From the human T2T-CHM13v2.0 reference genome, Homo sapiens, in assembly GCF_009914755.1 (NCBI RefSeq), contig NC_060928.1: a stretch of 64,000 nucleotides of DNA; one strand, written 5' to 3'. Position 1 is the stretch's first letter, and each line of letters starts with the position of its first letter. Shown here one piece after another: positions 1-14,124 of this stretch. A program made the translations under genes and the position numbers. The notes below the pieces were generated by a model. The model was not told where the DNA came from. It saw only the letters and a list, made by a program, of their open reading frames with translations, and did not search any database.

Positions 1-109
1 AATTTCTCTAGTACTCTTTGAAATCAGGTTCCCATTTACACTCTGGCTACAGACAACTATGGTACTGATTTCCTTTTAGTAACAATGGGCTATATTTATC
101 TTTCTATCG

Positions 110-570
110 CATAAAATTGAATCATAAACTATCTTCTATTTTAGACTGGCTCTGTGAATCAGCACAATGACTTTGCTTCATCCATGTTATTGAGTATATC
201 AGCAGTTCACTTCTTATTGCCAAATAGTATAAACAATATTGCATAATATTGATACTAATAGTATAAAATAGTATTCCACTGTATGGATATAACACAATTT
301 GTCCATTAACCTGCTGATATATATTTGGAGTTGAACAAATTTGGAGCTACTATAAATAAAGCTTCTGTGTACATTAGTGTACAAGTCTTTGTGTGAACCT
401 ATGTTTTCATTTCTCCTGAGCAAATTTCTACTGTTTGTCAAAGTAATTGTAACATTTGGGTTACCCACAATCAATGTGTAGAGTATCAGTTACATCACAT
501 CCTCAGATAGACTTGACATTGTCAGTCTTGTTAATTTTAGCAATTCTAATGGAAATATTGTGGTAACTCG
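110..570 (-). mobile_element. Old L1M (L1MC/ME-type) LINE-1 3' region fragment
   Basis: Degenerate antisense L1 text (tccatgttattgagtatatcagcagttcac...gtattccactgtatggatata...tacaagtctttgtgtgaacctatgttttcatttctc); boundaries approximate. Confidence 0.7.
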
Positions 571-580
571 TTATTTTTTT

Positions 581-833
581 CAAATACCAAGTTTTCCTTT
601 ATTAGTGGGAGCTAAATAATGTGTACGCATGAACAAAGAGGAGAATGACAGACATTGGAGACTTGGAAGTGGGGGAGGCGGTAAGAGAGAAATTGATAAG
701 AAATTACATAATGGGTACAATGTACACTATTCAGATGGTAGATACAATAAAGCCAAGACTTCACCACTACACAACATATGCATATAACAACATTGCACTT
801 GCACTAGCTTAAATTTATACAAATTAAAAAAAA
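581..833 (+). mobile_element. L1PB/L1MA-type 3' UTR fragment with A tail
   Basis: agtgggagctaaataatgtgtac...aatgggtacaatgtacactattcagatgg...gacttcaccactacacaa...aaattaaaaaaaa matches older primate L1 3' end. Confidence 0.8.
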
Positions 834-1193
834 CTGAGAAGGCAAGGCGTTATCAATTATTTAGCCACCATACCTAAGCCAAACTTTGGAATTTGATGGG
901 ACAACTACAGAATTTTGAAATAATTCATTCAAGTTTAGCACAAAGTAAAACTTAAAAGTCATAGACAGACAGTCCCCTGTCTTCATAAGCTTTGTTAAAG
1001 CCAAGGCATCTATAACAGTAGAAGCAAATATAGTAATTTCTGTGACTTTCCTAAGATTTTTTAAAAATCCTAACTTGGTAACTTTTTGAATTTGTACTGA
1101 TTATTTTCCTTTACTGTATATTTTGCATCAGAGAATTCATAATTCAAAGACCTAGAAGAGATATCTCTCTGCATTCTGTCTTACCACATATGC

Positions 1194-1396
1194 TTTTTTT
1201 AAAAAAAAAATTATACTTTAAGTTCCGGGATACAAGTGCAGAACGTGCAGGTTTGTTACACAGGTATATATGTGCCACGGTGGTTTGCTGCACCTATCAA
1301 CCCGTCATCTACGTTTTAAGCCCTGCGTGCATTAGGTATTTGTCCTAATGCTCTCCCTACATTTCCTCCCATCCTGCAAGAGGCCTGGTGTGAGAT
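1194..1396 (-). mobile_element. L1PA (about PA7-PA8) 3' end
   Basis: ttatactttaagttccgggatac...gtgcaggtttgttaca...gcattaggtatttgtcctaatgctctccc is the antisense L1PA 3' UTR. Confidence 0.9.
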
Positions 1397-2282
1397 ACTA
1401 ATACTTTCTTTGTATTTTTTTGCCTCTTATATTGTTGGGATTTTAGGGCAGATATCTATTTTACAAGAGTGCTTGCCTGAGGAAAGGGAGCCCCAAAAGT
1501 GAGATTGGGGAAATTACCGGGAAAATAACAGAATGAATTAAAATGTGTTTATTGAAGCACCACTTTAGGCCCTCTAAACTTTTTCAGGATTCCTTATATA
1601 GTAAAATGGTAACGTGAATATAAGAAAACATGAAAGAGTTACACAGTCAAACCACAGGGAAACAGAAAACGAATAGTGTTTAACCTTAACTACCGAAAGC
1701 AGTGCAGAAATGGATAATATCACACAGGAAGTAAACATCATGTAAATATCTCTGAGAAATGCAAGAAAAGACTCCTGATAGCATCTGTCTTAGAGACATG
1801 TTGTTTCCCACCAAAAGCAATGGGCTTTTAAAAACTCTCTCACTACAATACAGAGAAGTCATTTACAAGTTTTTGCAGCAGACATATTGCAGAATTCAAA
1901 GATAGTAAAACCATTATCGACTACAAAAATATGTATGTATAAAAGCAAGTAAAATTTTTTTGACATCAGCAAACATTTTATTTATTTGTATGTCTCTTAA
2001 ATATCATGCACAAATTGGAAAACTAATAAATATTGATTGAATTAAATTGTGCTGACTTAATCTGGGAATTTTTAAATTAAAGAATGCTTCATATTTAGGT
2101 CAAATACCTGAAAAGTTGATGAAAATAATATTGGACTATAAATGTTCATGTACAGGACAAAAATTAATGGAGAAATAATAGACAGTATTAGTTTGTCACA
2201 ATGACTGGCTTCATTATTTTTCTATTAACAGATAGAAGAAGTTGCCATGGAATTTCCTAAAGGAGATATTGTGTTCCTAGAA

Positions 2283-2464
2283 TTTTTTTGCATAAATTTA
2301 TGTGATATATGTGCAGTTTTTTAAATGCATAGGTTGTGTGGTGGTCAAGTCAGGGCATTTAGGGTATCCATCAGTCAAATAACATACATCGTACCTGTTA
2401 TTTAATCTCTTATTATCCTTACTCCTCACAGCCCCTCAATCTTCCAAGTCTCCATTATCTATCA
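2283..2464 (-). mobile_element. L1PB/L1MA 3' end with target-site duplication
   Basis: Antisense L1 3' end (ggtcaagtcagggcatttagggtatccatc); cctagaatttt flanks both sides (2276-2286 and 2465-2475). Confidence 0.75.
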
Positions 2465-2842
2465 CCTAGAATTTTAAAAGATAACTGAAGAGTTTTTGTT
2501 CTTTAATGTCAGTTTCATTGTGAAATCTGAAAAACGTAATTGGGAAAGAATATTCCCTAGAAGGTGAAAAATTTGCAGAACATCACAATAGAATATATCA
2601 ACATATTAAAAATAAAAGCTAATATTTTAATTATGCTAATTTCATTTTAGAATATTTGTCCATTTTAAGACCTGTTATTTAATATCAAATTGGGAAAAGG
2701 AACTTGAGAAAGATAAAACCAATAGGAGTATTTTCTGTGGATTAAGTGAGTGAAAGAATGAACAGCCAATCTATACCATTTATCTACTGATGGTAGTAGG
2801 GCATGAGTACTCCCAGCTATCTTTAAGATGACTTCTCATTAG

Positions 2843-5080
<2,238 letters not shown>

Positions 5081-6799
5081 AAAGATGAGTTGTCTATCTC
5101 CAAAGTGCTTAAATAACATTCCTCTAAATGAGCTAATAGACTGGGGGAAAACTATTATAAAATGCATTTATTAAGGTAATTTAATACTTCTATACCAATT
5201 CATTAGTTTGCTGAGGTTTTCTTTGTTTACTGACATCACTGCCACATGTGAATGAGTTAGGGTCCTTGATATTTTTACTACCCATAGTACTGAATTGCTC
5301 AGTAGCAATGTTCCAATCATCAATATTTTACTTAAGAAAAGACAATTGTCACCGAGGCAACTGTTTTCTTAATCTAACAAAAGTTTCTACTTTCTAATGA
5401 AAACAAAAAGAGAACCTTACTAATTATTTTTTAATGGCTACTCCCTGTTCTATATAAATTATTCTGTGTGATCATTTTCTCTTTATTATATATTTATGTA
5501 AACATACCCACCTTTTGTTAATTTCTATTTTTTCCTATTTTTTATTTCTATGTTTTCAAGAAAAGAAAAAAACAAAGTCTATAAAATTAATATAGTCACA
5601 TTAAGCGAAGCTAAGTAGATATAGTCTTGAAGGCTTTATATAAGAAACAAATATAGAACTTGGCATTCAGGGTCAAGGATTCAAGCTACCTGAAGAGCAT
5701 CATGTGGAAGTTTATATGAAAGATTACTTTGCATTTGTTTTGTTTTTGTTTGTTTTTAACCTGGCTTTTTTTTTTTTTTTTTTTTTAGAGATTGCCTAGA
5801 GTCAATGTGTGGGAAAGAAAATATAGGCAATTGTCAAAAAAGAATATAAGGAGGGTTAGATTAGCACAGCCTGAAAGTCTACAATTAGAATGTAATGTAA
5901 GTCTGAGGAACATCATGAGTGTTTAGGATTATAAAATAAAAATTAAAACATTATAGATCTTGGTCAACCAAAATTAACATACTTGAATATCAGTTTATCT
6001 GAAATGAGGTGGTGTAGAAAAAACTGTATACAATAATGTATGTATGACATGTGTGGTTGAGTGATCTGGAAGTTGAATGCCCCTCTATCTCTAGATAACA
6101 ACGAAGATAGAATTAGCATTCTTAGCAGTAAGAAATTACAGTTTTCTGCTTAATATCTATGGTTTCCTTCCAGAGTTATTAATAGTGGTTTTCACTTGCA
6201 TTGGGTTGGGTTTTGGCCTTATTGTTTCAGTGTTTTATTTTTCTTTCACATCGTCTCAGATCCTTACTGGAATAACATAAGATAGAAATCTAAGCACACA
6301 CATGCACATACACACACAGAATGGGTTAATGTTTTAATTAACACATTCCCCATTTTAAAATGTAGTTTCTTGCTACATGCCTATTTAGAAACTCTGTGAG
6401 ATGAAGTAACATACATCTACATCCGGTAATCAAAGTCACATAGACAAATTTAACAAAGCATCTGCTCTGGTAGATTCATCCTACACACTCAAAAATGGTG
6501 TACAATTCACAGTAAAACATGTATGCGAATATAAAACACCTGAATGGAAATAAATCCAGAGTTATCCTGCAGTTGTCAGGTTTCTTAATTTTCTTAAAAA
6601 GAAAAAAAAGCCAAGCATATGTTAAAAGAAAAAAAAAGCCCTCAAAAAATGGAGAATGAGCTGAGTTAATGGTGTTTTTTAAAAGTATCCTACTTTCTTG
6701 TTGAGAGGGTCAGTCTCTGCAGTTTTGGGAACCATCTGCTTTTGTTTCAGGCCTGTCCTGCATTGCCCATATCTTTCCATTGTTCTTCCAGTTGCTTGG

Positions 6800-7660
6800 T
6801 AGATCCATTTGCAACCACTGCTGAGAGAATGTTGATTATGTTGCCTTTTCTCTCTGATTGCTTTTAAGATTTCCTTGTTTCAGATGTCTTTATGCAGTAA
6901 TCATGATTTCACTAGGCTGTGTTTGTGTGGACAAGTGTGCTTCAGCCTGCTTAAAGACCAGGCATGCTCCTCTCCATCTAAGGATTTATGTTTTACTGGG
7001 TATTTTGAAGTCTTTGTCTTTTGACTTCTATCTTCTTTCCTCTTGTCTCTCCTTTTTGGGACTCTTATTAAGAATATGCTTTAACTATGAGAACACATGG
7101 ATACACAGAGGGGAACAACACGCACTGGGGCCTACCAGAGGGTAGGGAGGGAGGAGGGAGAGGATCAGGAAAATAACTAATAGGTAAAAGGCTTAAAACC
7201 TGGGTGATGAAATAATCTGTACAACAAACCCCCTTGACATACGTTTACCTATGTAATAAACCTGCACATGTACCCCTGAACTTAAGTTAGATAATAATTA
7301 AAACGAGTTAAAAACAAAAAGTAACTAAAAATATGGTTAGTTCAATTACCCTATGGATATTCATCTAACTCAGTTGCTGACATTTGTGTCAATGCAAATA
7401 AAATCCAAACTTATCTTTAGATGTTACTGTTTGTTTAAATCTCTTATTTCCTTTTCAGACAGTATTCTGGTCTTTCATGATATTTTCTATCCTTCATTTT
7501 ATCACTTTACTCTTTACTCACTTTATAAATGCTTATTTTTAGATTCTTTCAGATTATTCTATTATCTGGAGATCTAATCCTGCTTTTTATTGTATCCGGT
7601 AACTCACCTTAGAGTAAACCATTTCTTTGTGTAGTTTGTAATTTATGTTTTGGAGCTCAT
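6800..7660 (-). mobile_element. Very old L1-related (HAL1/L1ME-like) fragment, interrupted by later L1s and probably resuming near 8677-9320
   Basis: T-rich degenerate antisense L1-like text (ttttctctctgattgcttttaagatt...); family assignment uncertain. Confidence 0.4.
7086..7320 (+). mobile_element. L1PA13-16 3' UTR fragment
   Basis: tgagaacacatggatacacagaggggaacaacac...cctgggtgatgaaataatctgtacaacaaacccc...cctgcacatgtacccctgaactta. Confidence 0.9.
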
Positions 7661-7664
7661 TTTC

Positions 7665-8420
7665 TGTTTTTCTTTGACCTGTTATTTAGAATTGTGTTGT
7701 TTAGTTTTCAAGAATTTACATTTTCCTCCTCTCTTTCTGCTATTCATTTCCAGTTTGATTCATTGTAGTCAGAGTGCATGCTCTCTCCAGTTTCAATTCT
7801 TTCAGATTTGTTGAGCTTTGTTTAATGGATCTGGATACAGTTTATCTTGAGGTACATAAAAGCACTTGAAAAGAAAGTATATTCTGCTGTTTGGTGGAAT
7901 GTTTGGAGTGTTCCATAAATGACTAGATACTAGATGTTGTTGAGTTTTCCTATAATGCTGCTGATTTTCTGTCTACTTCTTCTATCAGTTATTGAGAGAG
8001 AGAGTTGTTGAAGTCTCCAATTAGAATTGTGGATTTGTTAATTTCTTCTTTGAGTTCTATTAGTTTTTTCTTCACATATTTTTACAGCTCTGTTGATTGG
8101 TGCATACAAATTTAGGATTGCTATGACTTCTTGGGTGGATTGACCCTTTTACATTGCATAACATCTCTTTCTGTCCCTGGTAATTTTAGTTGCTCTTAAG
8201 TCTATCTTATCCCCATATAAATAGAACTCTGTTTTCCTTTGATTAGTGTTTACATGATACATCTTTTTCTATCCTTTCACTTTCAACTTGCCTGTATTAT
8301 TATATTTGAAATGAGTTTCTTATAGACAGCATGTCTAGTAGGGCATATTTTTAATCCACTCAGTTAATGTTTGTCTTTTGTCGGTATGCTTATTTGCATT
8401 TAATAAAACATTGATATTTT
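7665..8420 (-). mobile_element. L1M ORF2 endonuclease-region fragment
   Basis: gcacttgaaaagaaagtatattctgctg...gttgaagtctccaa...gtttcttatagacagcat is antisense of the L1 endonuclease region. Confidence 0.8.
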
Positions 8421-8435
8421 ATTTTCTTTCTCTTC

Positions 8436-8665
8436 ATTTTTTTTAACTTTTATTTTAGATTCAGGGGTACATGTGAAGGTTTGTTACATATGTAAACTCA
8501 TGTCATGAGGGTTTGTTGTACATCAGACCTGGGTGATGATTATTACACTACCCAGGTGTTAAGCCTAGTACCCAATGGTCATATTTTCTGCTCCTCTCCC
8601 TCCTCCCACCCTCACCCTCAAGTAGACTCTGGTGTCTGTTGTTTCCTTCTTTGTGTTCATAAGTT
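8436..8665 (-). mobile_element. L1PA15/16 3' end
   Basis: ttttaacttttattttagattcaggggtacatgtg...cctcccaccctcaccctcaagtag. Confidence 0.9.
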
Positions 8666-9854
8666 ATTTTCCTTTAGGAGCTCATTTTCAATGAGGATTA
8701 TTTCTCCACACACTAGGTTTTCCTGTGAGAATCCAGTCTGGGACTGGTATTTTTGTTAATTTTTCAACTTGGGATCTTTACTATGTATAACCCAGGCTTC
8801 TTATGGGAGATTTTTTTTTTAATACTCAGAGACCTAAACAGAAAATTTTTGCCACTTAGTTGGACTGGCAATTGAATTTTTTTACAGTGCCCTTTTCATA
8901 GGGGAGAGCCACTTCAGCTTCCAGGCTTTACACAGGATCTCCTTCTTTTCTCATGCAGACCCAAGGCCATAACTTCTGTTCCTACACGAACATTAAAATG
9001 CCAGTTTTAATGGGTTTTTAAATAATATCAAAATATAAATATCTAAAATCTAAATATGTAAAATCTACATTTTAGATATTATTTATGTGCTCTCTATTTT
9101 CCAAGTCCAACCTGGAAATGCCTGATGACTGATGAGTGATGAGTGATGAGCTTACTATTCTGCCCATCTTTGCCCCTAACACTGGGATTTCCTTTTCTTT
9201 CTTTGTTCTCAGCTAGGTATTTTAAAATCATGGTTTGTATTCTCTCTTTTTTGTTGGTAGTGGAAAAGGAGTCCAGGACAATAGTACCCCATGTGACCAA
9301 AACTGGAAATTCCGGTTTGCATATCATAGATATTCTTCCAGGTGCTGCTTCTATCCTTAGATATCATTTCTATGACATAGGAATCATTCCTCAGAAGTTT
9401 TCTGTTCCTCGTAATCAAAATATTCTTAGTCTCTACTTTTCTGATTCAGATCCAAGCCAACTTTCTTCTGAGAGAGTCAAACAAATCTTAGTTGTTCTCC
9501 TCCTTCTACCATATCTGAGCCAGCATTATTATCATGTTTAGAATATTTATGTGTTGTAATGGATGTGTGTGTGATGGATGAGAGGGAATGCTTGCTTTCT
9601 TCTCTTTTTTCACTATTGTGGATTCATTTAAAGTTGTAGCATCCAATCATATACACATGGCCCAAACAATTATGTCATGCCAGGTATTTTTACTACAGAA
9701 AGTGTTATTTTGGAACTCTCTTTCCTGGAAAATTTCACTGTACCTTAGCCTATGTCAAAATGTCAAAAAACTGCTAAAGAAACTCAGGCCAGATTTTATA
9801 ATCTCACATCAGAAAGCATGCATGTTTTGTGTGCTGCTGAATAATGATTTTAGC

Positions 9855-10240
9855 AGAAACTGACAAGTTGTCCCTCAAACCCATTTCTCTTTCTTTCTGA
9901 TATCCAGCTACATTTCTTGGTCTTCTTTGCAGATAGGTGTGCTCATGTGACTATGCTCTGGCCTATGGAGAGTGAATAGCCAATAAAAATCTCATGCATA
10001 ATTCTCTATCCCTCAACTCTGCCATCAGTAGTCAATAAGACCATGTCTAGGACAGCCTTGGAAGACATATATTGAAAATAATAAAGGTTCCTGAAATTCC
10101 TGTACCTACATCATTGCCTACTTCACTCCCACATAACTCCTCACTCCTCACCATCAACAGGATTGAAGAGAAGCTAAAAATAAATTTCTGTTTTTAGTTA
10201 CTGAGCTATCAGAGTTTACTTCTTGTAGCAGCTAATCATA
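9855..10240 (+). mobile_element. Old MaLR LTR (MLT1I/J/L-type)
   Basis: ctacatttc...tttgcagataggtgtgctcatgtgact...aataaatttctg...gttactgag...cttgtagcagcta. Confidence 0.6.
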
Positions 10241-11866
10241 GCTAATTCAATTGCAGAAATTTAAAGAACCCTTTCTTATTTTCTGCCATGCATCTTCTTT
10301 CCTCCAATAATATTGCTTTTATATGGGCGACTAGTTCACTGCTTCTGAGAGTTACTACCAACAAAATCTTAATAAAATTTACCTCTTACATAAGGATATT
10401 ATAGGAATTATTGCAGCATTTTTACAAATCTTTCAGGGGTTCTTGGAGCCAAGTCTTCATATAAAGTAAAATAATGATACTAATTTTACTATATACTATA
10501 ATTTTAATGAATACTGTGTAATATAAATATGAAACAATAATTTGTAGAAACAATTGTTTCCCTGAAGGAAACATATGAATATATCAGAATATTATCGTGA
10601 AATAAGAAAGCACTTGGTACAATCTATCCATTTTTTCTTTTTTATATTTATAAAGCTAAAACACTTAGAAAATACTAATGATTTTCTCTAGTAATAAAGA
10701 AAACTAATTTTTTAAATCCAATTTACTTTTTTAAAATCCAAACTGTACTTTTTATAAAAGCAGCAGAGAATTTCTGGCTCTGATTTGTATCTTCTGTTCA
10801 TCCACTAAAAGTAGATAACTTCCTACCCTGACCTGCTCTTCTAAGTCCAAAATTGTTTCCCTTTACTGGAATATATTTTCCAAGGGCCAATGGACTCCCA
10901 TACTCAGGATTTTTATTCTCATCATAATACCAAGGCCGCTATCATGAAACATTTATCATGGTAAAGTCTATCTTCTAAACAGCTCTGAAAAATATAAAAT
11001 GTATTGTTTATACAACCAAAGCAATGTTTTGTTTTTAGGCCTTTGTTCTTATTGGTCTCTTATTTATGAAGCATTTATTTATTTTTTTCTGTCTGTCAAA
11101 AGGTTTATCATATCTAAGGTACCATACTATGCTATAAAACCTCTCAATTGGATTTTATTTCTCCTTCTGCTCTCTCCAAAGAGCCTCAAATCATAAAGTG
11201 ACCTATCTTCCCACTTATGTAACTATAAGGACCATATAGAAATTGGAAATAGCTGCCATGGTAGTGTGTGAACACAAGGTCCACATGAATAACACACAGT
11301 CCAGGACCACCATGGGTGGCCACACTAGCTGTGCAATGCATACCTTTGTGGGAACAATCCATGATTGTAATGTAGATTGGAGTGGTATAGCACACAACTG
11401 CAAGTTGTGGCTCTGCCCAGCACCATATTGTTTGGTTGTTTGATGTTCTGAGTTTCATTGTCCTTCACTGATTCCATGGATATTACTGGAATCTTTTTTC
11501 TCTATTATCTAGAAGTACTACATCTCTGAAAATATCTCTAATAAACCACTCTTTGACTATAATTCCTGTTGGGTCTTTTTCTAGTTTTCTCACCCCTTTA
11601 TTCCTACAAAGTCTGTTTTTATATCTTTCAAGACATTTATTCTCTTTTCCCCTTCATTTTTACCCTTTATTAGCCCACATTCCAGGCCTCATTTTCTTTC
11701 CTACACAGCCTAGACTCTTTATTCAATCATTGCAGGAACATTGTCACAGATACTCCCCACCAACTCCCTAGTTCTCTATGTTTTTACATTATATACTCCG
11801 CAACTCGCTAAACCTGGGCCAAGTTTCTCTAGCCAGCCTTGGAAATGTAGCAAGACGCATCTCGAC

Positions 11867-11928
11867 CAAAAAAAAAAACAAAAAAACAAAAAAACAAAAA
11901 AAACACACACACACACACACACACACAA
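11867..11928. repeat. Compound A-rich/(CA)n microsatellite
   Basis: (A)n with interspersed C followed by an uninterrupted CA run. Confidence 0.95.
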
Positions 11929-12099
11929 ATAGACCAAATAGGCAATTTTTGCTGTCCGGGGAATGTCCAAGAGGAAGACAAGCACAGGACACTCATTAAC
12001 ATCACAGAAAAGAGGAACCCAAGTGAGCTATAAATTCATCAAAGATGGTAAGCTCAGGTAAGGAAAATCCAGCAGCTATGCGGATTGATGCCACTGCCC

Positions 12100-12710
12100 A
12101 TGTATGGGCTCTGGCCTTCTCTGGGCTTTCAGTAAATGCAGCAATCTTTTCTTTGTTCATGGATAACTCTTATCTCCATTCCCCTCAGCATTATTTCAAA
12201 CAGGTCCACTCTTCTCAAAATTAACCCCTGCCAGATCTCCTCTCAGCAGGCATCATTACTTCCTACTTCACAGAGAAAATAGAGGTCATCACCCATACAT
12301 TCCCTCAATTCATCACTCCAAATCCAATAAATTAATCTATTTTTGCACCACGCTGTCTCATTTGCAGTTTTATAGAAAGGCTTGTCCTGCCTCATATTCA
12401 AAACTAAACTCCCCAATTATGCATTGCTCTCAACCTCTCCCACCTCCTTCAGAAACCTTGCCTCATTAACAATCACCTCATTTTATCATACTACAATCTG
12501 TCCTTCTCTACTAGCTTCTTCCCTTCTGCATAAAAATCTAGCCAGGTATTACCACTCCTTAAAAGCAACAACAAAAAAAATCTAAATCATTTGCTGACCT
12601 CTAATATGCCCTATTATCCCTCATTCTTATTCTATCAATTTTCTTTTAAGAAAAAAAAAAGTCTATTTTCTCATCTACTTCTTCTCTTAAGTCATGGTAA
12701 CCACTCTTGC
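12100..12710 (+). mobile_element. L2 LINE fragment (resumes about 13281-13430)
   Basis: ctctcagc...cttcctacttcacagagaaaatagaggtcatc is characteristic L2 body text. Confidence 0.7.
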
Positions 12711-12732
12711 TCACACTCTGGACCTGGACTGT

Positions 12733-13238
12733 TTGTTATCAACTCAGTACTACTATCACTCTTATCAAAGCCTGTGAAATTCATTCCTCACAACCTGGTT
12801 CTAGGTTAAAATTTATCAATGTGAGATATTCAGATGAGAACTTGCCTGAAGTGAAGCAGAAGCCACATTCCCTAGAAGCAATTGACATATGAGAGAGATA
12901 TAGAGAGGTGAGTCACCATGGCTTTCAGAGAAGCTCTTGAGACCCATCTTCTTCACAAACTGAGACAGTTGCTGGGAGCTTCCCACAGATTGTTGAGGAC
13001 ATCTACCAGTTTCTAGCAGCTTTTAAAATGATTTGCTTTAGTTTATTAGACTGTGATCTTCAGGGTCAATTTCTCCTACTGTTGGGCAACAGCTTCCCTT
13101 ATCCTCAGTGGCAAATTCCCTGAGCTTCATTCCATCAGTCTTCCAACAAGTTCTGTAAACCCCTAATTTTACATTAAACTCTCTACGTATAGAGTACATG
13201 GAATGGTGTATTTACCCTGAGTACTGAAGAAATATACC
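12733..13238 (+). mobile_element. ERVL-class solo LTR (LTR33/LTR41-like) inside L2
   Basis: Starts TG; ...tccatcagtcttccaacaagttctgtaa...attaaactc...ggtgtatttaccctga resembles LTR33-type 3' end. Confidence 0.5.
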
Positions 13239-13280
13239 CATGGAATGGTGTATTTACCCTGAGGGCTGAGGAAATATACC
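13197..13280 (+). repeat. 42-bp tandem duplication (2 copies, 3 mismatches)
   Basis: catggaatggtgtatttaccctgagtactgaagaaatatacc / catggaatggtgtatttaccctgagggctgaggaaatatacc. Confidence 0.95.
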
Positions 13281-14041
13281 CAACACCTTCCTGAATCTAT
13301 TCTAACAAATATCACCTGTAATCTCCAAATTTCTCAAACCCAATGCATTTTCATCCTTATTTGATCTCTCTGAAACTGTTGCCAACATTGATAACTGCTT
13401 TCTTGCAACATCTTATCCTTTTGGAACTTTGAGACTTGTAGAAGAGATATTTACAGATATAATAATATTATATATATGATATGCTATAAAATGAGTAATC
13501 TTCTGTAAATGTAGAGAGAAAAAAGCAACCAGGTGTATCTTGGGAAATTATTATAAAGCATTCCCACTGAACTATAGCTCCATAAATGCCCTGACCATTT
13601 CGAACTCTTCTGGGGCCTTACATGGGCATCTTGGACAGCAGTAACATATATAAGGACTTTTTCTTCTTTCTCTATATTTCTTTTATCCTCTAGGAAATAA
13701 CTACACTATTTCCACAAACAAATACTCTGGATAGTCTATCCTGCATATCTTTATGTTTCTAACTGAGGCCATAAGTGAGAAACAAAAGCAAAAGAAGAAT
13801 AATTTTATATAAGCAAAGAAAAGCCACTTTTGAAATTATCCCTCCAGAGTTTACAGGCTCAAAAGGCAAGACTTACACAAACAAATATCTAAAATCTGAA
13901 CTCAAATGCAAAGATCTTGACATTTTTCACCATTACAGTACAGTGCTATACAGAGTAGTGTCAATTGTATACCAGTATATATAGAATGGTTATTCACAAC
14001 TACTCCTTAAAGAAAAAGCAATTAAATCAATAATTGATATT

Positions 14042-14124
14042 ATATATATATATATATATATGTCTATATATATATATATATATATGTCTATATATATATA
14101 TATATATGTCTATATATATATGTC
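14042..14124. repeat. (TA)n microsatellite punctuated by TGTC
   Basis: Four TA runs each ended by tgtc. Confidence 0.95.

Noticed and set aside
9123-9150. Repeated TGATGA resembling snoRNA box C
   Set aside because: Simple 7-nt tandem repeat with no paired box D or terminal stem
9143-9541. 132-aa hydrophobic ORF
   Set aside because: No recognisable domain; T-rich composition explains the hydrophobicity; overlaps degenerate L1-like sequence
11186-11458. Three overlapping short ORFs in a GC-richer patch
   Set aside because: No protein similarity recognised; 11302-11416 may be a MER91-like hAT remnant, too weak to call
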